This document shows, in pieces, positions 55,451 through 64,000 of a DNA stretch of 64,000 nucleotides. This DNA is from Sporopachydermia quercuum. Its lineage: Eukaryota. The notes below the pieces were generated by a model. That model searched no databases and was not told the DNA's origin. It saw nothing but the letters and a program-made list of their open reading frames with translations. The position numbers and the translations under genes are program-made. The DNA lies in the NCBI GenBank assembly GCA_001599295.1, contig BCGN01000004.1, forward strand, positions 314,138 to 378,137, written 5' to 3'. Within the stretch, counting starts at the first letter, position 1. Each line of letters starts with the position of its first letter.

Positions 55451-57517
55451 TTATTTAGCGGGATCACTCAATCCAGCACCAGCTACAACATCAGTTGGTC
55501 TGGTCAAGAATGGCTTGATAGAATCCTCAAAATATGGAGCATTGTAGTTCTGAGGAGGATTGAGAGCATTAACTTGATCAAAGTATGCATTGTATATATC
55601 ACCATCGTATCTACCCAAAGGAGAATTGATGTAATAATCAGACAAGTTGAATGCATCAGTGTATCCAATAACATTCTTTCTTACTGTAGCACATAGGTCA
55701 GTTACTAGGAACCTAACAGTATCGATTTCAGCAGAAGTAAAATAACCAGATTGTAAGAATAATCCAGCATCATTTTCAATTGAATGTAAACCAAATAGTA
55801 AGAACAAGTCTCCGAGAGCTGATTTAATAGATGAATCATAACGAGAAGTTTCAGATTGAATAGATTCGTAGAACGCATTAACCATGAAGTATCTAGTGTG
55901 GATTCTAGCACACAAGTATCTTTGTTGAGATAGCTTTTCAAATGCTTGCTCAGCAGTCAAGCCTTGTTTCTGAGTTAAGTCTAAGAATTGACCAACGGTC
56001 TTCTTGATAATAGATCTAGAAAGGTATTTCCAGCTCTTGAGAATTATACTAACAGACTTGACATCTTTAGCTCCCTTTTCAGAACCATCATCTTTTTCAG
56101 CGAGATATTGTAAAGCTTTTCCGACTGGTTTGCCATTGAGGACCTTCAATCCATTTTGAATCAAAGCTCTACCAGTAGATAAAGTCAAAACATTGTTATC
56201 ACCTTCCCAAGTGCATTGAACAACCCAATCATTGTAACCTTGACCAAAACCAGAGTATCCAGAGTATCCATGGCCACCACAAGCTTGTCGACATTCGTCA
56301 ATGATTGAAGAAGTGGCCCAAGTATTGAAAGCTTTCAAGCCGGCAGAAGTTGCAAACAAGTCCTTTAAGTCAGTAATGGTTTGATTTAGTTCTTTGGAGT
56401 TCTTTTGGTCAACAGTTCTAACCTTAGCAACTGTTTGTTCGTATTCTTGGGACAATTGGTGAGAGGCAGCTCTCATAGCATAAACATGAGCCAAAGAAGG
56501 AAGCAAACGACGTTGATGTAAGGGATAATCAATAATCTTGTTTTCCTCTTCTTCAGCAGACGATGAGAATTGTCTTCTAACAGTGGCATATCTTAGCGCA
56601 ATAGTCAAGAACTTGCTACCCCACAAATATGAATCGTAGACCATTCCGACACGGCCACCAATCAAGGCACCATAACCCAATTGATTGAGAGGAGGCTCAA
56701 TAACATCGCCTTCTCTTGTGACTTTAGCAAATCTCATAAGCATATATGAACGAGGGATTCTCACATTAGTAAATTGGATCCAGCCATTATCAATTCCATC
56801 ACGACCCATCTTTTTACCGATATCACCAAGAGCAATGCCGGCTTTTAATGTGTGATCGTGGCTATTTCTTAAAGGAACAATAAAATTCTTCACACCATAA
56901 TCTTTTCCTTTGACAATGAGTCTTGCAACAACACAGCAATGGTTAGCTGAATGAGCAGCACCACCGATCCACCATTTGGTGGCACCAATATGAGGAGTAT
57001 TGATAACAAATTCATCAGACTTTTCGTCAAAAACAGCTGTAGTTTCTAAACCTGCAACATTAGAACCATGAGCTAATTCAGTCATACCAAAGCATCCGTA
57101 GAATCCCTTCAAAGTGTTAGCACCTCTACTATTCCAATACTCCAATTGATCATCGGTACCACTTCCAACAATAGAAGAATAGAATAAACCAAAGTGAACA
57201 CCTAATCTGGTATATACATTGGGATCAATAAGGCCGACAAATCCATAGATTGACTTGAAATCAATTGTTCCTTTATTTTCCATAGAAGAAATCCATTTGG
57301 CAATTCTTTGAATGGTTTGCTTTCTCAATTCTTCCTTTGTTAGGTCATAGAATCTTTCATTACGGAAAATAGGGTCTCTTTCAAACTCAAGCATAAGATC
57401 TTCAATAAACTCAGTTTTCTCTTTTCCACCGGATAGATAGTATGTTAAATCTCTGACATTGAAAGAAGTTTGAGCTCTTTCTAGAGCCATTGACTCTTTC
57501 ACTTTTAATGCTGACAT
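55451..57517 (-). CDS. POX1: Peroxisomal acyl-CoA oxidase
   Basis: GVHFGLF, GCFGMTELAHGSNV, ATKWWIGGAAHSA, GKKMGRDGIDNG, RRQF, CRQACGGHGY, CTWEGDNNVL. Confidence 0.96.
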   Translation of the reverse strand: MSALKVKESMALERAQTSFNVRDLTYYLSGGKEKTEFIEDLMLEFERDPIFRNERFYDLTKEELRKQTIQRIAKWISSMENKGTIDFKSIYGFVGLIDPNVYTRLGVHFGLFYSSIVGSGTDDQLEYWNSRGANTLKGFYGCFGMTELAHGSNVAGLETTAVFDEKSDEFVINTPHIGATKWWIGGAAHSANHCCVVARLIVKGKDYGVKNFIVPLRNSHDHTLKAGIALGDIGKKMGRDGIDNGWIQFTNVRIPRSYMLMRFAKVTREGDVIEPPLNQLGYGALIGGRVGMVYDSYLWGSKFLTIALRYATVRRQFSSSAEEEENKIIDYPLHQRRLLPSLAHVYAMRAASHQLSQEYEQTVAKVRTVDQKNSKELNQTITDLKDLFATSAGLKAFNTWATSSIIDECRQACGGHGYSGYSGFGQGYNDWVVQCTWEGDNNVLTLSTGRALIQNGLKVLNGKPVGKALQYLAEKDDGSEKGAKDVKSVSIILKSWKYLSRSIIKKTVGQFLDLTQKQGLTAEQAFEKLSQQRYLCARIHTRYFMVNAFYESIQSETSRYDSSIKSALGDLFLLFGLHSIENDAGLFLQSGYFTSAEIDTVRFLVTDLCATVRKNVIGYTDAFNLSDYYINSPLGRYDGDIYNAYFDQVNALNPPQNYNAPYFEDSIKPFLTRPTDVVAGAGLSDPAK

Positions 57518-57952
57518 TTTATTTTAGTTGGTGGACTTTGATTTGTATATTTAGTATCTATCTATATCGTGTTTCTATGCTACAACTGAATGCAAACCAG
57601 AATTTAGCTGAGAAGCCTTTGTGAGTGAAATTCCAGAAATGATGACAAATCTGACGACAAGTGAGTTCCTTAACAAATCAATGATATACTTAGGATTCTC
57701 TATACTGGAAGCTGAAGTTTCGCATTGACCAGACTTCCTAGTTGATTGTGAATAAGCTTGAGTATTAGAGAGATATATAAGATAAACAACTGCTTATAAG
57801 CACCTCCCAACTTTGTGTTGCTAACTAAAAATTATAAATAGGAATTATAACTAACTACTTATAAATTAGATCTTAGTTTTTTCTTCCTTTTTTCTTAGTT
57901 CTCTTTTCTTGTAATGTTCCAATAGTCAGTATTTATATAGGTTTTTTGTATG

Positions 57953-58918
57953 CCGAGGAGGAAGAGAAGGTCACTTCCTTATTGAGGAAAATATGGGGAA
58001 GAGCTGACATGGAATGACATCTGAATTGTCAAGGTCTAAACCTTGACAGTTCAGATGCTAGTTTAGCTTAAGGTTTGGCGAAAAATGTAGGGGCATATAG
58101 TGAGAAGAAATGGTTTGGATGCTTTGAGTANNACAATAAAAGATAATAGATAATACCAAGGAAAAAATTTACAAATAATGGTTTACTTTGAATTATTTAT
58201 TGAGAGGTTCAGAAAGGGGATAATTTCATAGAACTCTTAGAATTATGAGGACTCTTTTAGCGTTTATACTATTAATGATGTATAATGAAAAGCTAACTGC
58301 GGGTTGTAAGACACTAGATGAGTATGCAAGACAAATGCATGTCTGGAAGATATGTCTCTCTGTTTTCCAGTAACATACAATGAATGCCTGAAAAGCTTAT
58401 TTAATATATGGAGTATTATGATCTATATTGCAATGTGCGTAACGTATGGCAAGATATAAAACAAGAACGATTCTAAAGGCGAATCAGCAGCCAGATAATA
58501 TTTCAAATATAATAAAAGCTATTTTACAGATTTAAGATACATACCTTTATCCTTTGTTCAGAATTTTCATCGTACGAAGTTTGAACGAGAGAGTAATTAA
58601 TTTCTACCTCCCGAGGATGATTGAAGAAACTGTAACAAACTGTTGAATTATTTTCATGACAAGAACACACCTAGAGGATTTACTGTTAGTTTTTTGTTCG
58701 AAATTTCGATGAAACCTCCATTTAAAATAATGTACCATATGAAATAATTATCAATTAAAATCGTCTGATTGTTTTCGTTTTAGATATTTACGTTCAAGAA
58801 TCAAAATTGATAGCTTATCGTAATAGATGTGGCCGTGGAGTTTAGTTTTTGTGACATTTCCATCCGTTTTCCCCACATGCAATTATGAGCAGATAATATT
58901 CATGACTAACTACCGAGG
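57953..58918 (-). promoter_or_regulatory. Three CCTCGG/CCGAGG fatty-acid-response motifs upstream of POX1
   Basis: CCGAGG at 57953-57958, 58611-58616 and 58913-58918, all in the same orientation. Minus-strand TATATAAATA at about 57930-57939, just gene-proximal of the first site. Confidence 0.65.
58018..58057. repeat. Inverted repeat with 18-bp arms, 1 mismatch and a 4-nt spacer
   Basis: CATCTGAATTGTCAAGGT-CTAA-ACCTTGACAGTTCAGATG. Confidence 0.9.
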
Positions 58919-59589
58919 CAGGAGAAGTATTGTCCGACAACACTTCAGAGGCTTGAGATGTTGAAGTGAGATGTCAAGTTATAAATAGATTGGAAGATTA
59001 TGTCATCATTTAAAATGAATAGGAAGTTAGGAGATAGTGACGATATGAGCGAATACAAAGAGTTTGCGCAAATACGAGTATCAAAAATATATTTAATCAA
59101 CATTGCGATAGATGAATTCAGTAGGACAGTTATGGGAAACTCATTCCAATGATACATAAAAAAAATTGAGAGTTAGAAAATATTGAGTCCTACCAGGTAC
59201 ACAAAAGAGTATGGTCTTATACTTTGAATAGGTAGATACAAGAGATAATCACTTGATCTGAATATGAATTTTTAAATCATTTTATTGATATAAATAACTT
59301 GTTTACAATTCCTCTGGAGTAAATGGATTGTTTGTAACCGTTGAGGTGTAACAGGGTACCGCAGCCAATGGTACTATCAAACTCGTACCAATAAGCACCA
59401 ACTATAACTCTTTTCCCGTTTACCGCTTTTGATCATCAACAAACTCCTCACAAGCTGATATCTCTCGTGTTACCATAATGCTTAATTTCTTAATTATTTA
59501 GCCATCATCTATTCTACTTATCGTCTTCACACTTTCCCAGGACAAATTATCCAGTATTCAGAGCTATCACAGTTTTAACCATATTTAAT

Positions 59590-59962
59590 CTAACCAGTCC
59601 ACTTCACAGGATTCTTCTTATATCTTCCCCAGGGTGGGACATATAGTACAAGTGAAAACACGAAAACTGCTAAAAAAGCCAAAACGACATTGTCTATATC
59701 ATCAGTCAATAGACCATATCCAAATGATATCACTCCTCCAGTAACAAGCACCAGTGTTGATTCTGCTTCAGCCTTTTGTTGTCCCTTGAAATCCTTGAAG
59801 TTTTGTGTTAGTTAACATATAATAACCCAAACCGTCCTCAGAGAATGTCCTCAGATTACTATCTCCCTAACGGTTCCTAAAAGCCACGCATCGAGCTATC
59901 TTACAGAAATTATTCATAGCACTTACTATAGGACCTTCAAGTATATTCTTAACAAAATCCAT
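59590..59962 (-). CDS. SPC1: Signal peptidase complex subunit 1 (SPC12), 2 exons, 79 aa (absent from ORF track)
   Basis: Exons 59962-59927 and 59793-59590 (GTAAGT...AACTAAC...AAG). Product MDFVKNILEGPIDFKGQQKAE...two TM segments...VPPWGRYKKNPVKWTG. Confidence 0.9.
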
Positions 59963-60253
59963 ATTGCAACGTTCAAATTGACTGCTTCAAATGAAAAAGT
60001 CCTAGCCTATGAATCAAGCTATACCATTATCCCAGCAGTATAAACTGATCTCCAGAGTGATTGAAGTTGTTCCTTCTATTGAACCAACATTCCAGTATAT
60101 AAGCCATCAATACACACTGATGCCAACTAACAATTGTATGCATGCCTTTTGTTTGTCCCATTTCAGATATTTCCACAAGANTTAGAAATGAAGTCTGTGC
60201 ATAAATCTACAAAGTGAGATACAAAGTATTGCACGTGATCCTTGTATAGTTAA

Positions 60254-60264
60254 GAAAATTTTTT
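60254..60264 (+). promoter_or_regulatory. RRPE-like element upstream of NMD3
   Basis: GAAAATTTTTT about 375 nt upstream of a ribosome-biogenesis gene. The motif is AT-rich, so chance occurrence is possible. Confidence 0.4.
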
Positions 60265-60633
60265 ACTTTCTTAGTAAGGAAATGCTCAGTTTGTTCAGTA
60301 GAATGAAGACACTTGACATGTTTCTGATATCTAAGCGGTGAATGGTTAATTTACTCTCTTCTGACAGTAAATAGAACAACACAGGTATTTGATGTTACAT
60401 TTTTGTATACTTAGAAAGTAATAGTTGTATAGAGTAGCAATTATTTATTCTACTTGGTGTACTACACATACGGTTTAGTATCTATCACTTTCTGTCATTA
60501 AATTCGATACATCGGTCAATCACTGTACAACCAGTCAGATAGAGTTGAAGTAAATAAACTATAAGAATACTTGATATTTTCCTCAGAAATATATTCACCA
60601 GATTACGGGAGCATAAAGATATATATTCACAAA

Positions 60634-62229
60634 ATGTCAGGTCATCCAACATACTCAGCAATGGATCCAGCCATGATAGCGGCGGGGGCCAAACCAGCTA
60701 CGGTCCTATGTTGTAACTGTGGTGTACCTATGGATGGTTCAACAGGACTGGTTATGTGCTATGATTGTATTGCCTTGAAGGTTGACATCACAGAAGGAAT
60801 TCCTAGAGAGGCTAATTTATCATTTTGCAGAAATTGTGAAAGATTTCTTCAACCACCTTCTCAGTGGGTGAAAGCTGAACCAGAATCAAGAGAATTACTT
60901 GCATTATGTCTAAGGAAACTAAAAGGTTTGAGTAAAGTGAGATTAGTTGATGCCAGCTTTATCTGGACAGAGCCACATTCCAGAAGAATCAAGGTGAAAG
61001 TTACAGTTCAGGGTGAAGCCATGCAAAATGCAATCGTTCAGCAATCATTTGAAATTGAATATGTTGTGATAGCTACTCAATGTCCTGATTGCGCCAAATC
61101 TTTTACTGCAAATACTTGGAGGGCAAATGTTCAAGTAAGACAAAAAGTCCCACATAAGAGAACCTTCCTGTACCTTGAACAAGTCATTTTGAAATACAAT
61201 GCACATACTTTAACTGTGTCGATTCAAGAATCAAAAGATGGCTTAGATTTCTTTTACGGTCAGAAGAATCATGCGGTGAAAATGCTCGACTTTTTATCCT
61301 CAGTTGTTCCTATCAAGTTCAAAAGATCAGAGGAATTGATTTCAATCGATACACACACATCTTCAAGATCATATAAGTTCACTTACTCTGTTGAGATTGC
61401 ACCTATCTGTAAGGATGATTTGGTGATCTTACCAAAAAAATTAGCAAGGCAAATGGGTAGTATTTCACAATTAGTTCTTTGCTCCAAGATTTCTAACTCT
61501 ATTCATTTCATTGATCCTACTACGTTACAAACTGCAGATCTCAATGCTCAAGTGTTTTGGAGATCACCTTTCAGTTCTCTCTCTGACGCTTCACAATTGA
61601 TTGAATTCATTATTCTTGATGTCGAACCTGTTGGAGTGACCAAAGGAAAGTATGCTTTGGCTGATATTACATGTGCCAGAGCTGCTGATATGGGGGTAAA
61701 TGACCAAGAATATTACATCTGTTCGCATCTTGGGGGTATCTTACATCCTGGAGACTCTGCTATGGGTTATTTTACCACCAACACTAATTTCAATTCCGAT
61801 TTATGGGAAGAGGTTGCTAAGGACAATAACGCTCCAGAAGTCATTTTGGTAAAGAAACATTACGAACGTAAAGGAGGCAAGAGTAAGAAGAGAAATTGGA
61901 GACTTAAGAGAATGGCAAAGGAGCATAAGGACATTGTTGCTTCAGCTCATGGTAATGATAACTCAAGATCAGCTAGGCAAGATATAGAAAGAGCCGAAAG
62001 AGACTATGAATTGTTTTTACAAGAATTGGAAGAGGATGCTGACCTTAGACAAGCTGTTAACTTGTATAAAAGTAAGGAACCTGTTGCTGTTGCCGAAGAT
62101 GAAATGGATGAAGATGATGACGAAGAAGGACCTGTAATTGCTATCGATGAACTGCTAGATGAGTTAGATGATATGACTTTAGACGAACAAGCTCCCCATC
62201 CAGGTGATATTGTTGATGGTGAGAATTGA
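60634..62229 (+). CDS. NMD3: 60S ribosomal export adaptor
   Basis: Cys pairs CCNCG, CYDC, CRNC, CPDC; FIWTEPHSRRIK, QVRQKVPHKRTF; acidic tail with NES-like IDELLDELDDMTL. First ATG at 60634. Confidence 0.96.
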   Translation: MSGHPTYSAMDPAMIAAGAKPATVLCCNCGVPMDGSTGLVMCYDCIALKVDITEGIPREANLSFCRNCERFLQPPSQWVKAEPESRELLALCLRKLKGLSKVRLVDASFIWTEPHSRRIKVKVTVQGEAMQNAIVQQSFEIEYVVIATQCPDCAKSFTANTWRANVQVRQKVPHKRTFLYLEQVILKYNAHTLTVSIQESKDGLDFFYGQKNHAVKMLDFLSSVVPIKFKRSEELISIDTHTSSRSYKFTYSVEIAPICKDDLVILPKKLARQMGSISQLVLCSKISNSIHFIDPTTLQTADLNAQVFWRSPFSSLSDASQLIEFIILDVEPVGVTKGKYALADITCARAADMGVNDQEYYICSHLGGILHPGDSAMGYFTTNTNFNSDLWEEVAKDNNAPEVILVKKHYERKGGKSKKRNWRLKRMAKEHKDIVASAHGNDNSRSARQDIERAERDYELFLQELEEDADLRQAVNLYKSKEPVAVAEDEMDEDDDEEGPVIAIDELLDELDDMTLDEQAPHPGDIVDGEN

Positions 62230-62565
62230 TTTTTCTCGTGTATTTCTAGTTTATAACAAGCATTGTTCGTTTATGATTGAATTTCATGTTCAGTGATACT
62301 TTTCTTTTAGGTGTATATTCGGAGCAGACATTATGGGAACATATATAATTCAGTTAATATATTTAAACACAAATATAGCTGAGAACTTGTTAGTTTTTCA
62401 GAAGATTTAAATAATGCAGTGACTTTGTGATAATAAGCACCATGGATTGGTCAATCTACAACATGAATTTCTTACATAGTTGGAGCATTATATTATTCTT
62501 TTAAAGAACTTTCTCTGGAGTCTTCTCGCTCTCCGTTTCGGATCTTCAGGTAAAGCTCATCTCTT

Positions 62566-62622
62566 TCCGATCGGATCAGAAAGTCATTTCTAAGTTGAGA
62601 CCTGATGCCTGATCCGATCGGA
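62566..62622. repeat. Perfect 14-bp inverted repeat with 29-nt spacer
   Basis: TCCGATCGGATCAG (62566-62579) and CTGATCCGATCGGA (62609-62622); each arm contains the palindrome TCCGATCGGA. Confidence 0.9.
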
Positions 62623-63556
62623 GAAAATAGTGGAGTATTAGTTTCGGTAAATGTACGGAAGGTCTTCAATGGGGTTGACACACAAGAATGGGAGGAATAT
62701 ACAATGAACCACTCACTATTCACTGAAAGATCGAGGAAATTATTTATAAATTCAAAAAGAAGACTGAATGATTTCACTTGGGAAATTTCACATATCCATT
62801 CATCAATTTTATTCTCTTACTTCTATCAGTTCGAATTCATTACCAGTCTTCAATCCTTGATTTGACATTACATAAACTCCCTAGATCAGTTGTACGGATA
62901 CAAGACGTAACCATCATTTCCTCATCATGCATGGCCTGGCCACCAACCAGAGATAGATATACTACATACCACTGGCTCTAAGGGCTTTTTCTAAATACAC
63001 TTAATTAATGGAAACTTTTATACAAATCTGCCATTTCAAAACCGTAATGAATTCTTATTTGTTATCGTTTCCATCATACATCACTTCAAGTCTCATCTTC
63101 CAGAGAAAGCCGACCCCGATCTCTTTCGTACAGAATCCCCTCTAGAAACAAAGTTCACCCAAAAACTCGGGGAAGCTTCAACGTTACTATGCAAAAGGCT
63201 ATTAACTGTAGCTAAAGGCAAATGAATAGCAAAGAGTGGATGAAAAAAAGGGAATGAAATAATAAACTAGTAAGCTAGTAAATCAATTGTAAAAAGGAGA
63301 AAGTATAAATATGATTGAATTGCTGATATTTGGATATGTCAAGAGTGGCATTCTTCATGAAAATGCTTCATGAATCCATATCTCAAAACATTTAGCTATC
63401 ATAGCAAGAGAGATAAAACCCAAGACAAGTAGTATTTACCATTACGGATGCAAACTAAATAATCCTGCTAAAAAGGTTATAAACTGAAGTAAATCCTGCT
63501 TGGTGTTTGAAGAAAATAAACTTAAGTGATATTATCAAGGAAAAGGTAGACAAATC

Positions 63557-64000
63557 ATGCTCTCATCATTAAATTTTGCTCTTCGAACTAGATTCAAAGG
63601 AGAATTTATCAGAACATCCAGTAGAGCTGTTGTTGCTAATCAAAGAAAGAATTTCAGTAATTCAGGTATAATGACCTCAGCTGCTATTATGAATGATAAT
63701 GTTCGTCCTGAACCTGATCGGGTTCTTAAGGACATTGCTGATTATATTCATAATTATAAAATTGACTCCGATCTAGCATTTGAGACAGCTAGATTGTGTT
63801 TCCTGGACACTTTAGGATGTGGATTAGAAGGTATGAAGCATAAACAATGCTCAGATTTACTTGGACCCATTGTGCCAGGAACCGTTGTGCCTAATGGTGC
63901 CAAGGTTCCAGGAACTCCATATCAATTGGATCCTGTTTTAGCTGCATTCAATAATACTGCAACTTTCAGATGGTTGGATTTCAATGATTGTTGGTTAGCT
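63557..64000 (+). CDS. PDH1: 2-methylcitrate dehydratase (PrpD/MmgE family), mitochondrial; 5' part only, runs off the right edge
   Basis: ATG at 63557, Arg-rich presequence, then RPEPDRVLKDIADY, TARLCFLDTLGCG, LGPIVPGT, GAKVPGT, DPVLAAF, RWLDFNDCWLA. Confidence 0.93.
   Translation, partial: MLSSLNFALRTRFKGEFIRTSSRAVVANQRKNFSNSGIMTSAAIMNDNVRPEPDRVLKDIADYIHNYKIDSDLAFETARLCFLDTLGCGLEGMKHKQCSDLLGPIVPGTVVPNGAKVPGTPYQLDPVLAAFNNTATFRWLDFNDCWLA

Noticed and set aside
59710..59760. VLVTGG..FGYG read as a short-chain dehydrogenase pseudogene fragment
   Set aside because: It is the first transmembrane segment of the spliced SPC1 gene.
34623..60181. Ambiguous bases at 34623, 58131-58132 and 60181
   Set aside because: Isolated intergenic assembly ambiguities with no effect on the called genes.
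62885..62920. TGTACGGAT resembling the core of some yeast telomere repeats (telomerase template or interstitial telomere)
   Set aside because: Not tandemly repeated, not G-rich in context, and no convincing template redundancy or Sm site.

Overview
AT-rich nuclear DNA from an intron-rich budding yeast (Saccharomycotina, inferred from gene content). It uses the standard code: CTG sits at invariant kinase leucines. The window holds about 29 protein-coding genes, mostly conserved housekeeping genes (PUT1, MDM35, DPM1, ACR3, RTT103, CLC1, ADE1, a TMEM135/PMP52-like gene, ALG13, KIN3, MRP2, RNH1, TAF9, MYO1, FRQ1, COQ7, a class-3 lipase, NBS1/XRS2, Y14/RBM8A, RRG8-like, ESP1, tubulin cofactor C, POX1, SPC1, NMD3, partial PDH1), plus one tRNA-Arg(CCU). 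I reconstructed 17 spliceosomal introns in 10 genes by hand; MDM35 and SPC1 are missing from the ORF track altogether. The stand-out is a GC-rich, intronless NAD(P)H:quinone oxidoreductase gene (23783-24589) with foreign codon usage, probably a horizontal acquisition. Its host-like upstream region has two Yap-type sites and a 16/17-nt copy of the palindromic element upstream of the arsenite exporter ACR3, which suggests it has been recruited into a host stress regulon. Other leads are CCGAGG (FarA/Ctf1/Por1-type) sites upstream of POX1 and the PMP52-like gene, a Mcm1-forkhead composite plus a likely leader intron at KIN3, and two unexplained inverted-repeat structures (58018-58057 and 62519-62765). 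I found no transposon, CRISPR array or rRNA. All family assignments come from recognising motifs by eye, not from database searches.
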